Source: an uncultured Clostridia bacterium
GTDB taxonomy: Bacteria; Bacillota; Clostridia; Christensenellales; UBA1242
Direction of reading: 5' to 3'
Length of the DNA stretch: 64,000 nt
Assembly: GCA_944381215.1 (NCBI GenBank)
Contig: CALWKF010000007.1
Coordinates: 1,173 to 65,172, forward strand
The notes below the pieces were generated by a model, which was not told the origin of the DNA, made no database searches, and saw only the letters and a program-made list of their open reading frames with translations. Below, in pieces: positions 45,268 to 55,798 of the stretch. The translations under genes were made by a program, and so were the position numbers. Each line of letters opens with the position of its first letter. The stretch's first letter is position 1.

Positions 45268-45628
45268 TACTTTCCTCCGACAGATTTAGTGAATCAAGCA
45301 GTTTGCGCATTTTTTCGCTATTGTCGTACCCCTCATCGAGTTTAAAATGTAATTCTGGTGTAATGCGCAAGTCGACTTTTTGAGAAAGCAGTTTACGAAT
45401 AAACCCCGCGCTGTGTTGCAAGGCATTGAAGATGTTTACCTTTTTCTGTTTATCCTCGCTGTAGATACTCACATAAATCTTACAGTGGCTAAGGTCGTTG
45501 GTCGTATCCACATTTACGATGCTAATAAGTCCGTCTTGTAGGCGTGGGTCGCGAATTTCCTCTGATAAAATTTGACTCAGAGCCTTCTTAATTTCGCTAT
45601 TTACGCGCTGTAATCTCGTTTCCTGCAT
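45257..45628 (-). CDS. rbfA: Ribosome-binding factor A
   Basis: R..RVNSEIKKALSQIL...DPRL. Synteny after infB. Confidence 0.9.
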   Translation of the reverse strand: MQETRLQRVNSEIKKALSQILSEEIRDPRLQDGLISIVNVDTTNDLSHCKIYVSIYSEDKQKKVNIFNALQHSAGFIRKLLSQKVDLRITPELHFKLDEGYDNSEKMRKLLDSLNLSEESSED

Positions 45629-45639
45629 ACTTCCCTCCT

Positions 45640-48030
45640 CTAATCTCTCTCTACCTCGACCATAACGAAGGCCTCAATAGTGTCTTCGAGTAAGATATCG
45701 TTGTGGCCTTCCATTTTAATACCACACTCCATACCAGCGACAACTTCTTTTACATCCTCGCGGTCGCGCTGTAGAGTGGTAATCGTGGTCTCGACAATCT
45801 TTTCGCCCTTTCTAAATAGTCTAATTTTACTATTCTTTGTAATTTTTCCGTCCTTTACTATACAACCAGCAACGGTACCAATACGGCTGATTTTGAAAGT
45901 ACGAATAACCTCTGCATGGCCAATAATTTGCTCCTCAAATACAGGGGTGCGCATTGCCTTAATCTTCTTGGTAACATAATCGGTGATTTGATAGATAATT
46001 TTACTGAGGTAAATCTCAACTTTGTCATGTTCGGCAAGTGCTTGAGCCTTTGCATCGGGTTTAACATTAAAACCAACTATCAAGGCATTTGCGTTCCTAG
46101 CGAGTAGGACGTCGGTTTCATTAATAGTACCGACACCGCCGTGAATACACTCAACTCTAACTTCCTCATTATTAATTTTATTTAAAATTGGAGTGAGTGC
46201 CTCAAAGGAACCTTGCACATCGGTTTTAACAATAATATTGAGTACTTTTTTCTCGCTGTCGGCGGACTTTGATAAAAATTCCTCCATACTAAACACATTT
46301 TTAGCGTTAATTTTTTCTTGCTGAATCTTGCGCTTGCGCTCTGCAAGGACATCTTTACTCAGCTTTGGATCAACAGCATACAGCTGGTCCCCAGCATTTG
46401 GCACACCGTCAAGGCCTAAAATTGACACAGGGGTACTAGGTGGTGCCTGTCTAATAGTTTTCCCCTTGTCGTCAATCAATGCGCGTACCTTACCTGCGTG
46501 CACGCCAGAAATTATTGTGTCGCCAACTTTCAAGGTACCATTCAAAATAATCGCGGTGGCAATAGGGCCTTTGCCCTTGTCGAGTTTTGCCTCTATTACC
46601 ATACCAAGTGCGTGACGCTCTGGGTTTGCACGCAAGTCATTTAGGTCAGCAACGAGCAATACCATTTCGAGTAGTTTATCTACACCCTGTCCAGTAAGTG
46701 CGGAGATTGGCACAAATATTGTGTCCCCGCCCCACTCCTCTGGCATTACATCGGCCTCGGCTAATTGTTGCTTTACGCGGTCAAAGTTGGCCTCGGGCTT
46801 ATCCATTTTATTCACTGCCACAATCATAGGAATTTTAGCGGCCTTTATATGCTTTATTGCCTCCAAGGTCTGTGGCTTTACACCGTCATCACCAGCGACT
46901 ACCAAAATTGCAATATCCGTTACACTCGCACCACGCGCACGCATTGCGCTAAATGCCTCATGGCCCGGAGTGTCGATGAAGGTAATCAACCTGCCCATGG
47001 TTTGAATTTGGTATGCGGAAATGTTTTGGGTAATACCGCCTGCCTCTTGACTCTGAATATGAGTCTTGCGGATAAAGTCAAGTAGACTTGTCTTACCATG
47101 GTCAACGTGACCTAGCACCGTAACAATTGGAGGCCTTGTCACGCTGTTTTCATCTGCGACACCATCCACAACACCAAATTCCTCTGCCAATTTTTCCTCT
47201 GACGATTTTTCTAGTTTTTGTTCTAGCACTACGCCTAGTTCACTGCAAACTAATTCGGCAGTGGTAAAATCAATAGAGGAATTCACATTCGACATCATCC
47301 CTAGTACCATGAGTTGCTTCAAAATTTCAGCGACGGACCTACCCGTTTTTTCGGACAATTGCTTTACAGTAATTGTTTCGGTCGTGATGACTGCATGGTC
47401 AATAGGCGCAGAAACAGTCTTAGGTTGCTCCACCTTTTTCTTGTTCTTCAACTTACGGTTAGAACGAATTCGCTCCTCAATAGAGTTCTCTTCAAGCAGA
47501 CCTCTGCGCATCATGTTACGCTTGTTACTACGGCCTGAATCGTCGTAGTTACTCTTGCGCTTGTCATCCTTGCGCTTGTCGAAAACGCGTTTCGTAGGTT
47601 GAAGAATGTTGACCTCGGGTACAATATCCGAAATAACTGGGCGCGCGTTGTTGCTCTTTTGCGGTTGGTTCCCACCCGTGCGCTTATTTTGCTGAAAATT
47701 ATTAGAGTGGGTATCCTTCTCTTGCTTGTTAAAACGCCCATTTTGAGTTCGATTTTTGTCCCCAAATTGCCTAACCATTGTTCCCTTATTCACGGGCTGT
47801 GGCTTAGTATCCTCTACTGGTTTTGCAACCTCAATTTCTGCGGGTTTTTCCGTCTTTTTGTTATCAAATTCGCGTAGTAGGACCCTAATATTTTTTGCAA
47901 TCGACTCTAAATCGGATCGCATAGACTCGGTGTCCTTGTTCATTTTGATGAGATTTTGGTTATTAATCTCCGAAATGGTACGCAAATTATCGAATGTAAC
48001 GGTTTTTTTGCCTTGATTTTGATTAGTCAA
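45640..48030 (-). CDS. infB: Translation initiation factor IF-2
   Basis: G-domain GHVDHGKTSLLD / DTPGHEAF / NKMD. Basic low-complexity N-terminus. TTG start 7 nt after AAGGAG. Confidence 0.97.
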   Translation of the reverse strand: MTNQNQGKKTVTFDNLRTISEINNQNLIKMNKDTESMRSDLESIAKNIRVLLREFDNKKTEKPAEIEVAKPVEDTKPQPVNKGTMVRQFGDKNRTQNGRFNKQEKDTHSNNFQQNKRTGGNQPQKSNNARPVISDIVPEVNILQPTKRVFDKRKDDKRKSNYDDSGRSNKRNMMRRGLLEENSIEERIRSNRKLKNKKKVEQPKTVSAPIDHAVITTETITVKQLSEKTGRSVAEILKQLMVLGMMSNVNSSIDFTTAELVCSELGVVLEQKLEKSSEEKLAEEFGVVDGVADENSVTRPPIVTVLGHVDHGKTSLLDFIRKTHIQSQEAGGITQNISAYQIQTMGRLITFIDTPGHEAFSAMRARGASVTDIAILVVAGDDGVKPQTLEAIKHIKAAKIPMIVAVNKMDKPEANFDRVKQQLAEADVMPEEWGGDTIFVPISALTGQGVDKLLEMVLLVADLNDLRANPERHALGMVIEAKLDKGKGPIATAIILNGTLKVGDTIISGVHAGKVRALIDDKGKTIRQAPPSTPVSILGLDGVPNAGDQLYAVDPKLSKDVLAERKRKIQQEKINAKNVFSMEEFLSKSADSEKKVLNIIVKTDVQGSFEALTPILNKINNEEVRVECIHGGVGTINETDVLLARNANALIVGFNVKPDAKAQALAEHDKVEIYLSKIIYQITDYVTKKIKAMRTPVFEEQIIGHAEVIRTFKISRIGTVAGCIVKDGKITKNSKIRLFRKGEKIVETTITTLQRDREDVKEVVAGMECGIKMEGHNDILLEDTIEAFVMVEVERD

Positions 48031-48031
48031 A

Positions 48032-48337
48032 CTAAATCTCCTTATCTAAAATATGTTTAATTTGTGATGCCAAATGCTGATTTGAAATTCCTACTGCTTT
48101 ACAATTCTCCGTATTTAACGCTTGGTCCAGCGTCATGTACTCCATTTTGTGCAATGGTATTTTTTTATTTATGGAAAGGTAGCACATTTCCTCATAAAGA
48201 TTATCCGAGGCGGTGTCGCAAACTAATAAATAATGTATTTGATTTATTGCTTTTTTTATGTTATCCAGTCCATAAATGATGCCGTTTGCCTTCTTTGCGA
48301 GGCCTAGATATCTACAAATCTCCATTTCCATTGACAT
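48032..48337 (-). CDS. L7Ae-family RNA-binding protein (YlxQ-like)
   Basis: Conserved position between ylxR and infB. LAKKANG...G motif. Start among the three ATGs at 48337, 48331 and 48325 is uncertain. Confidence 0.7.
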   Translation of the reverse strand: MSMEMEICRYLGLAKKANGIIYGLDNIKKAINQIHYLLVCDTASDNLYEEMCYLSINKKIPLHKMEYMTLDQALNTENCKAVGISNQHLASQIKHILDKEI

Positions 48338-48581
48338 ATTCCTCCAATTTATCGTAAATAGTCCCAATATCGCATTGTAACGCGCGCTCTAGGGCCTTTT
48401 TCTTTCTGGCAAGGCGAATTACTTCGAGAGACTTCGAAATATATACTCCCCTACCACTGATTTTTTTGAAGTTGTCAATCTTGATGCCATTCTCGGTTTT
48501 TACTAACCTAATTAGTTGTGATTTTGGCAACATCTCTCTTGTCGCGCAACACATACGAAGTGGCTCGGCTTTTTTATCCAT
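48312..48581 (-). CDS. ylxR: YlxR-family (DUF448) RNA-binding protein
   Basis: PLRMCCATRE...GRGVYI motif. Start set at MDKKAEPL, with AAGGAG upstream. Confidence 0.8.
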   Translation of the reverse strand: MDKKAEPLRMCCATREMLPKSQLIRLVKTENGIKIDNFKKISGRGVYISKSLEVIRLARKKKALERALQCDIGTIYDKLEEYVNGNGDL

Positions 48582-48591
48582 TATTAACTCC

Positions 48592-49743
48592 TTAGACTCC
48601 TTGAATATCCTCGAAGATATCAATGTCGCTGTCGGGATTGTCGCTATCAAATCTTGATGTAAATTCCTGAACTTGCTTGCTCTGCTCCTCTTTTGCATTA
48701 CTCGACTCGCTCTTTACATCGATTCGCCAACCAGTGAGTTTTGCGGCCAGGCGAACGTTACCGCCGTCTTTACCAATTGCGAGGCTAAGTTTGTTGTCAG
48801 GCACAATAACCTTGCTGGTCTTTGCCTCTTGATTGATTTCGACGCTGATAACCTCGGCAGGACTTAATGCATTTGCAATGTATTCAAATATGTCATCATC
48901 GTAAAGCACGACATCGATGCGCTCCTTGTTACCAATCTCGCTCTGAACGGCATTTATACGTGCCCCATGTGCACCAACAATTGAGCCAACTGGGTCAACA
49001 TTTGGGTTCGTACTAGCGACACTGATTTTAGTCCTAATACCAGCATCACGCGCAATACCCTTAATAACCACATCGCCAGACTGAATCTCAGGTACCTCTA
49101 ACTCAAATAGCTTACGCACAAAACTAGGTGTGGTGCGTGTTACTTGAATCTCTGCATTGCCAAAAATATTGTCGTGCACGCGCTTAAATAGTACCTTTAT
49201 GTGCTGGCCAATCTCGAGGTTCTCGCCTGGAATGATGTCGCGCTGATTTAACACGCCCTCTTTTTCCATACCGCTCAATTCAACGTAAACATTTTCGTTG
49301 TCCTTTCTACGTACAATTGCGGTAGTTAACTGATCGTTTTTACTATTCATCTCGGCACTCAAATTTTCGCGCTCGGCCTCGCGAAGCCTCTGCATAATGA
49401 CCTGCTTTGCAGTCTGTGCAGCGATTCTACCAAAATTCTTTGGCGTAACCTCTTCGGAAATAGTGTCGCCTACCTTGTAGGAGGGCTTAATTTTCTTGGC
49501 TTCTTCAAGACTAATTTCCTTATCGGGGTCCTCGACCTCATCCACAATAGTCTTATATGCGTAGACTTTTATGGTGTTTTTCTCGGGATTTAGCTTTACA
49601 GAAGCACTACGAGCCTCACCAAAGTTTTTCTTGTACGCGCTAACGAGTGCACTCTCCAATGCGGAAATAAAGAACTCCTTGTCAATTTTCTTTTCCTGTG
49701 CTAATTGATCTAGTGCTAAAAAGAAATCTTTACTATTAATCAT
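48592..49743 (-). CDS. nusA: Transcription termination/antitermination factor NusA
   Basis: N-terminal domain, S1, and two KH domains ([12 protein letters not shown]..). Confidence 0.95.
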   Translation of the reverse strand: MINSKDFFLALDQLAQEKKIDKEFFISALESALVSAYKKNFGEARSASVKLNPEKNTIKVYAYKTIVDEVEDPDKEISLEEAKKIKPSYKVGDTISEEVTPKNFGRIAAQTAKQVIMQRLREAERENLSAEMNSKNDQLTTAIVRRKDNENVYVELSGMEKEGVLNQRDIIPGENLEIGQHIKVLFKRVHDNIFGNAEIQVTRTTPSFVRKLFELEVPEIQSGDVVIKGIARDAGIRTKISVASTNPNVDPVGSIVGAHGARINAVQSEIGNKERIDVVLYDDDIFEYIANALSPAEVISVEINQEAKTSKVIVPDNKLSLAIGKDGGNVRLAAKLTGWRIDVKSESSNAKEEQSKQVQEFTSRFDSDNPDSDIDIFEDIQGV

Positions 49744-49774
49744 TTAATCAAAACTCCTGATTGATTATTAAAAG

Positions 49775-49801
49775 TTATGAGTGGGCACAACCCACTCATA
49801 A
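49775..49801 (-). terminator. Leader hairpin/terminator between promoter and nusA start
   Basis: ttatgagtggg ttgtg cccactcataa followed by CTTTTAAT. It lies downstream of the candidate promoter and about 30 nt before the nusA ATG. Confidence 0.5.
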
Positions 49802-49813
49802 GTCTTCGAAATT

Positions 49814-49842
49814 ATTGTAACACAAAAATTCATAAAAATCAA
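49814..49842 (-). promoter_or_regulatory. Candidate nusA operon promoter (TTGATT-17-TACAAT)
   Basis: Hexamers at 49842-49837 and 49819-49814. Confidence 0.5.
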
Positions 49843-49858
49843 TAGTTTTATACACTAA

Positions 49859-51409
49859 TTATATCAATTTTATAAAAACTTTTGCAGTAGCATAGGCATC
49901 GGCTAGTGCGCGGTGGGCATTTACAAGAGTAATATTTAAGGCTCTAACTACTGTACCGAGTTTATAATTGCTAAGACTCGGCACCTTGTCCCTCGCAAGT
50001 CGCAGGGTATCAATCTGCTCGTTATCAAATAAAAGGCGCAGTCTATTTCCGTTATTAGATAAGAATTGATAGTCGAAGTCGATGTTGTAGGCACTCAAAA
50101 CCGAGCCATAAGTAAACTTATAAAAATCGGGCAAAACTTGGTCAATTGAGGGCGCATCAACAACCATTGAAGTATCAATATGCGTAATCTCGGTGATTTC
50201 CTCTGGAATGGGTTCGCCTGGGTTAATTAGCGTTTGAAAAGTTTCGATAATCGAGCCTTTTTTAATCTTTACTGCGCCTATTTCGATAATTTTACAACTG
50301 CGAGCATCGAGGCCTGTAGTTTCAAAGTCGAACACAACAACAGTATCATGTGTGTCCCAGTAATCTGTCTGCTTTTCGGTTAAGCTAAACAGGTCTATTT
50401 GCTGAATTTCACTGACTGGCTTGGGGGTAACAAAGTAGTATTTTGAGTTGACCTTGCGGTATACCCGTTGAAGTTCTTTTGTCTTAACCTCGCAGTTTGC
50501 CAAGCCCTGAGCCTTGATATTCAAGCGGTCGTTAAAAATACTCACAGTGCCACTTACAATCAACTCGGTGCCCTCGGTAATCTTTTCGAGTTTTTCGACA
50601 TCCTCGTCCTTTGGGAAAATTACAACATCGACCTTCCCGCTCGGGTCGCGCAGAGTAAATGTAAAACGTTTCCGCTCCTCTGGCTCTCCACCATCCACTC
50701 GTGATTTACGCGTAAAGGTAGTAATCATTGGCGACAACACTGTACCTGCTAAAACGACAGTCTGCCCGTTTTCGTGTGGCAAATCAGTTATAAGTATCGG
50801 GTGCTCCCCCGTATACTTTCCGTAAATGGATGCGCCAGCCTCGACCTCGAATTTATTTATCTCCTTTTCTTTTTCGAGGCAATAATTTAGGCTCGTGGTG
50901 GCGTCTTCAGGCTTTGAAATTAAGTCGTCAAGCGATATATTTGTTTCCTTTTCCTGAACCGATATATCGAAGTTGATAAAAAACTTGTGCTTCATAAATT
51001 TTTCTAATGAGGAAATAAAGCCCTTATTTTCCAGCACTTGTTTCGTCATTGTATCACAATGGAACACAATGCTTGCGCCCTCATTGCTTTCAAAAATTTC
51101 GATATCCTCGGGTGCAAACACGAGGCTGAGTGCCTTATACTCGGTATCAAAATATTCCTCAATTCGCTTTCTAATAACATCTGCATCAAAGCAACTCTTA
51201 TTAAATTTCACAGTTACTGCGCAAAGGCCATTTATATCAGTAGTGATTGTCGACTTGATACTTTCGCGCTCTTCATCTGTGAGGGGCGCAGAGTCGGGAT
51301 ACACAAAATTAATGGTGCACTCATCCCCACTTTGCGAATAGGTACAACTATCCAACTTTAATTTATTATCGTCAAAACCTAATTCTTTTAACTTTTGTAA
51401 TGTACTCAT
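49859..51409 (-). CDS. PolC-like N-terminal + OB-fold + DEDDh 3'-5' exonuclease protein (no PHP or polymerase domains)
   Basis: The C-terminal 170 aa carry Exo I VFDFETTGL, Exo II AYNIDFDYQFL and Exo III HRALADAYA. The central segment VVLAGTV...FTFTLRDPSGKVDVVIF...LIVSGTV is OB-like, as in PolC domain II. The gene lies in the polC slot between rseP and nusA. Confidence 0.7.
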   Translation of the reverse strand: MSTLQKLKELGFDDNKLKLDSCTYSQSGDECTINFVYPDSAPLTDEERESIKSTITTDINGLCAVTVKFNKSCFDADVIRKRIEEYFDTEYKALSLVFAPEDIEIFESNEGASIVFHCDTMTKQVLENKGFISSLEKFMKHKFFINFDISVQEKETNISLDDLISKPEDATTSLNYCLEKEKEINKFEVEAGASIYGKYTGEHPILITDLPHENGQTVVLAGTVLSPMITTFTRKSRVDGGEPEERKRFTFTLRDPSGKVDVVIFPKDEDVEKLEKITEGTELIVSGTVSIFNDRLNIKAQGLANCEVKTKELQRVYRKVNSKYYFVTPKPVSEIQQIDLFSLTEKQTDYWDTHDTVVVFDFETTGLDARSCKIIEIGAVKIKKGSIIETFQTLINPGEPIPEEITEITHIDTSMVVDAPSIDQVLPDFYKFTYGSVLSAYNIDFDYQFLSNNGNRLRLLFDNEQIDTLRLARDKVPSLSNYKLGTVVRALNITLVNAHRALADAYATAKVFIKLI

Positions 51410-51417
51410 TTTTTACC

Positions 51418-52548
51418 TCAAATAAATAAATGATAAATATCTACAAACAGGACTAGGGCAAACAATATAATCAGCCCCGCAAAATGAATGTAGCCCTCAA
51501 CCTTGCGGTTAATTGGTTTGCCCCGAATCCACTCAATTAGCGTAAACAACATTCGCGAGCCATCGAGCGCGGGTATTGGCAGTATGTTAAATATAGCGAG
51601 ATTCGCCGCGATAAAAGGTAGGAACACAAACAGGTTTGCGATATTTTGTTGCGAATACTCGGCAATAGTCGAGATTGTGGTAAACGGCCCGCCGACATCC
51701 GCAATGCCAATACCTCCTGTAAGCAACATCCACAAGAAAACTAGAACCTTCCACGCAAACGCGGCTGCGAGTGGCACACACCTCGAAATCGCCTCGACAA
51801 AGTTATGCTGGTACGGCACTGTTGAAAAACCGACATACAGTCTAGTTACATCAGTTCCATCGGCATCCGCCTGAGTATAGACGTAGAGGTTTGCCATAAT
51901 CTCTTGCGTTTCGCCATCACGCTCGATTGTTAGACTTAGATTATTGTAGCACTTATAGGTAATATCGTCAATCGTTACCTCGGTAAAATTCGCCTTTTCC
52001 TCCTCGGTCATACTGCTGTAATGCTGATTTAAGAGTTCGTTTGCGGTGTTATCAGTGATAAAATCGATAGTTACCCCATCAATTTCGCGTATTATATCAT
52101 TTTGTTGCAAATTCGTTTGAAAATCGGGGTTGACTTCGTTAATTTTAGGGATATCATAGCCGAAGCCGATTAGCAATATAAAGGCAAAAATGATAGCAGA
52201 GACAAAGTTGAAAAACACGCCACCAAATTGGACAATTAGGCGTTTCCACGGCTTTTGATTGTTAAAGGCCTTAGGGTCGGGGTCATCTTCATCCTCCCCT
52301 GCAAATGCACAATATCCGCCCAGTGGAATGATACGAATGCTAAACAATTCGCCCGATTTTAGTCGCTTTTTAAAGATTGCCTTTCCAAAACCAATCGAGA
52401 ATTCCTCGATTTTAAAGCCAAGCCACTTTCCAAAACTATAGTGGCCAAACTCGTGGATGGTAATCATCAAAAGTAAAACTAAAATCGCTAGCAAAATGTA
52501 TCCAATCGTCGTCATAACACTGGCAAAACTAGCGAGCATAAAAACCAA
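51418..52548 (-). CDS. rseP: RIP metalloprotease RseP (M50)
   Basis: HEFGHY, a PDZ-like middle region, and a C-terminal NLLPIPALDG-type motif (FNILPIPALDG). Confidence 0.9.
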   Translation of the reverse strand: MVFMLASFASVMTTIGYILLAILVLLLMITIHEFGHYSFGKWLGFKIEEFSIGFGKAIFKKRLKSGELFSIRIIPLGGYCAFAGEDEDDPDPKAFNNQKPWKRLIVQFGGVFFNFVSAIIFAFILLIGFGYDIPKINEVNPDFQTNLQQNDIIREIDGVTIDFITDNTANELLNQHYSSMTEEEKANFTEVTIDDITYKCYNNLSLTIERDGETQEIMANLYVYTQADADGTDVTRLYVGFSTVPYQHNFVEAISRCVPLAAAFAWKVLVFLWMLLTGGIGIADVGGPFTTISTIAEYSQQNIANLFVFLPFIAANLAIFNILPIPALDGSRMLFTLIEWIRGKPINRKVEGYIHFAGLIILFALVLFVDIYHLFI

Positions 52549-52616
52549 AAGTCAACCCTCCATATGCAAACTAATGCGGTACCTTAACAGCCCGCATTAG
52601 TAATATTTTATTCAAT

Positions 52617-53618
52617 TTATACAAAAAGTATTACAAAGAAAATGAACACAAAGACGGCATTGACAAGCAGTCCGTTGCACCTATCCATCACGCCACCGTG
52701 GCCAGGAATCAACTGACTGAAGTCCTTTACAACGGCACGACGCTTGAAATACGAACTAAACAAATCGCCTGCCATATTAAATATTCCACAGAAAATACCG
52801 CCGATAAAGAATGTCCAAATATTTACATCGATACCGCTAGAATTAAAAAGCATATTGTATGGCGCAAATGCATTAAAGATTGCAAAAACTACAATGCTAC
52901 CGATAATAGCACCAATAATTCCGCCGATGAGCCCAGTCCAAGTTTTCCCAGGACCCAGCTTTTCCATACTTATTTTAGGGCCTTTTATTAACCTGCCAGT
53001 CAGCATTGCGAAGGTGTCGGCACACATACTGGTAACAAACAATAGCACCAACCCCATGAGGCCAAAGTCGACCCCGCGTGCTTGGAATGCCGCAGCGGTT
53101 TCCGAAATGCTCATTTGTCCAAAGTGATTGATAATAAAGGCAAAACTAAACAAGAATGTCGGCCACAGACACACAAAAATTGTGTTCATTGCCTTTGAGA
53201 ATGAGTAGTACGCAAGTGAGCCCTGGAACCCATCACCAACTCTTAGTTTATTGCCCCATTTGCTAAAAATCATAGGAGTCGCAAAGAGTATTACGAACAT
53301 TACCACTAAAATTGCCAAGCAGAATAATACAAAGTAGTAAAAATTCAGGGCACTATTTGCACATATTGCAATCAGTAAAAAGCAAAGTATCGGGTACAGC
53401 CCTACTGGTGTAGTCCAGGTAGGCCTGTCCATTTTATGAAGCAAGTTTTCTACCTCATAGGCGCAGAAAATCATAAGCGCGCCAATTAACAAGTCGAACA
53501 CGTAGTTGTTCAACTCACGCAAAAAGAAGCACCCCACTAAAACAATCAAAATAATTGCACCCGAAATGATGCGAGGCCACCACTTTGCTGGGGTGTTTGC
53601 TATTTTTTTATTCTCCAT
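52617..53618 (-). CDS. cdsA: Phosphatidate cytidylyltransferase
   Basis: Polytopic protein with the C-terminal signature S.FKR...KD.S.LIPGHGG.MDR. Confidence 0.85.
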   Translation of the reverse strand: MENKKIANTPAKWWPRIISGAIILIVLVGCFFLRELNNYVFDLLIGALMIFCAYEVENLLHKMDRPTWTTPVGLYPILCFLLIAICANSALNFYYFVLFCLAILVVMFVILFATPMIFSKWGNKLRVGDGFQGSLAYYSFSKAMNTIFVCLWPTFLFSFAFIINHFGQMSISETAAAFQARGVDFGLMGLVLLFVTSMCADTFAMLTGRLIKGPKISMEKLGPGKTWTGLIGGIIGAIIGSIVVFAIFNAFAPYNMLFNSSGIDVNIWTFFIGGIFCGIFNMAGDLFSSYFKRRAVVKDFSQLIPGHGGVMDRCNGLLVNAVFVFIFFVILFV

Positions 53619-53635
53619 TTTTTTCTCCTAGGTTT

Positions 53636-54358
53636 TTAAATACTACCGAAACGACGCTTGCGTTTTTGAAAATCAATCAGCGCAAGTTGTAGTTCTCGCT
53701 CCGAAAACGCGGGCCAGTATGTCTTTGTAAAGTAAAATTCGCTATATGCCATTTGCCACAGCATAAAGTTGCTAACGCGCATTTCCCCACTCGTTCGAAT
53801 GATAAAATCTGGGTCGGGCAGGTCGCTAGAATACAAGAGTTTACTAAATTCTGCGGGGTTTGAGATAGGTTTACCTTGTTTAATCGCCTCATTTACAGCG
53901 CGCAGAATTTCATCTCGGCCACCATAATTTATGGCAAGATTTAGCGTAAAACGGTCGCAATCTTTCGTTTTTTCGATGATATTATTAATAGATTTGACCA
54001 AATCTGGTGGCAAGCGCGTATAATCCCCCGACACCACAACCTTTGCCCCACGGCGCAAAAACTCCTCCGCATCTTCATCTAAATAATCGCGCACGATGTT
54101 AAAAATGCCGTCTATTTCCTCTTGGGGGCGCTTCCAATTCTCAGTCGAAAAAGTAAAGAAAGTGGCGTATTTTATGCCCAAATCATAGATATGTGTAATA
54201 ATGCGTTTTAGATTTTCGCAACCTGCCTTGTGCCCCAAATTTCGGGGCAAGCCACGCTTAGTCGCCCACCTACCATTGCCATCCATAATGATAGCAATAT
54301 GCGTGGGCAAGCGGGACAAATCTAATTGTTTTAATACGTGTAATTTACCTGCTGGCAC
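53636..54358 (-). CDS. uppS: Isoprenyl transferase (undecaprenyl-diphosphate synthase)
   Basis: HIAIIMDGNGRWA and FSTENWKRP motifs. GTG start. Confidence 0.95.
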   Translation of the reverse strand: MPAGKLHVLKQLDLSRLPTHIAIIMDGNGRWATKRGLPRNLGHKAGCENLKRIITHIYDLGIKYATFFTFSTENWKRPQEEIDGIFNIVRDYLDEDAEEFLRRGAKVVVSGDYTRLPPDLVKSINNIIEKTKDCDRFTLNLAINYGGRDEILRAVNEAIKQGKPISNPAEFSKLLYSSDLPDPDFIIRTSGEMRVSNFMLWQMAYSEFYFTKTYWPAFSERELQLALIDFQKRKRRFGSI

Positions 54359-54429
54359 TTGCTACCCCTCTTTTAGTTTTCATTTAAAAGTACTATATGC
54401 GAAAATCAAAATAAAATACACAAAAAAGT

Positions 54430-54999
54430 CTAAACTTCCGTAATTTCCTTTTCTTTTTGCGCTAGCATTTTGTCTACCTGGTCGGTAAACTTGTTTAAGA
54501 TTTTTTGAACCTCGGTCTCAGCCTGTTTTAGCTCATCCTCGGTGATTTTTTTCTCATTTTTTAACTTTTTGAACTCATCAAGGCACTCGCGTCTGCCGTT
54601 TCGCATGGTTACTCGGGTATCCTCGGCGAATTTGCGCACCATTTTGACAAGTTCTAGACGACGCTCTTCCGTTGGAGCGGGCACAAATAGCCTAATTACC
54701 TTGCCGTCGTCGCTAGGGTTTAGGCCTAGGTCGCTCGTTTGGATAGCCTTTAAAACCTCTTTTAGCATACTAATATCCCACAGCGAAATTGCGATAGTGC
54801 GTGGGTCGGGCGCGCTGATGTTTGCCATTTGGTTAAGTGGCGTCATGGTGCCGTAGTAATCGACCATAATTTTGTCCAAAATTCGAGGGTTTGCTCGACC
54901 TGCGCGCACAGAGTTTAGTTCGCTACCGAAGTGGTCGATGCTCTTTTGTAGTTGTTCATTTAGTCCCTTGTAAAGTGATTCATCATATTCGTTTAACAT
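54430..54999 (-). CDS. frr: Ribosome recycling factor
   Basis: Typical RRF sequence (RAGRANP..LD.I.VDYYG). Confidence 0.97.
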   Translation of the reverse strand: MLNEYDESLYKGLNEQLQKSIDHFGSELNSVRAGRANPRILDKIMVDYYGTMTPLNQMANISAPDPRTIAISLWDISMLKEVLKAIQTSDLGLNPSDDGKVIRLFVPAPTEERRLELVKMVRKFAEDTRVTMRNGRRECLDEFKKLKNEKKITEDELKQAETEVQKILNKFTDQVDKMLAQKEKEITEV

Positions 55000-55093
55000 A
55001 ATTTACTCCTTGAAATATATAAATATATTTTATCTTAAAATTAATCATTTGGCAAATGTTTGTCAATATAATTTGTAAATTAATTCCTATTAA

Positions 55094-55122
55094 ATTAAAA
55101 AAATAACCCATAAGGGGTTATT
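55094..55122 (-). terminator. tsf intrinsic terminator
   Basis: aataaccc cttat gggttatt followed by T7 on the minus strand. Confidence 0.75.
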
Positions 55123-55127
55123 TTAAA

Positions 55128-55778
55128 TTATTCGCCTCTTGCTTGTTTTGCAACTTCCTCAGCGAAATTGTCCTCGCGCTTTTGGAGGCCCTCGCCTAGT
55201 TCGTAACGAACAAATCTGCGAACATTAATCTTTTCACCAGTAGACAAAATGACTTCGTTGATTATGTCCTGAATAGTCTTGGTAGGATCACGGAAGTACT
55301 CTTGCTCAAGCAAGCAAACTTCCTTGTAATACTTGTGGATACGACCTTCGACAATCTTTTCTGCAACTTGCTCGGGCTTACCTTCGTTCATGGCCTGTGC
55401 CTTGTAAATCTTCTTCTCGTTCTCCAAAGATTCAGCATCTACGTCCTCTTTGCTAACGAAAAGTGGCTTGCAAGCAGCGATTTGAAGAGCAATGTTGTGA
55501 ATTAATTCTTTGAATGCGTCGCTTTTTGCCACGAAGTCAGTCTCAGAGTTAACCTCAACTAGCACACCGATTTTTCCACCAAGGTGAATGTACGCCTCAA
55601 CTGCACCTTCTGCAGCGATTCTGCCCTCTTTTTTAGCGGCAGCAGCCATTCCCTTTTCGCGGAGCCACTTTGTAGCCTCGTCCATGTTGCCATTGCACGC
55701 CTCAAGCGCGTTCTTACAATCAAGCATACCCGCCTGTGTGCGAGCACGCAATTCTTTAATGTCGTCTGTTAAACTCAT
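55128..55778 (-). CDS. tsf: Elongation factor Ts (short form)
   Basis: The UBA-like N-terminus [16 protein letters not shown] and the core domain. 216 aa. Confidence 0.93.
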   Translation of the reverse strand: MSLTDDIKELRARTQAGMLDCKNALEACNGNMDEATKWLREKGMAAAAKKEGRIAAEGAVEAYIHLGGKIGVLVEVNSETDFVAKSDAFKELIHNIALQIAACKPLFVSKEDVDAESLENEKKIYKAQAMNEGKPEQVAEKIVEGRIHKYYKEVCLLEQEYFRDPTKTIQDIINEVILSTGEKINVRRFVRYELGEGLQKREDNFAEEVAKQARGE

Positions 55779-55798
55779 ATTATCCTCCCAAATTTTAA

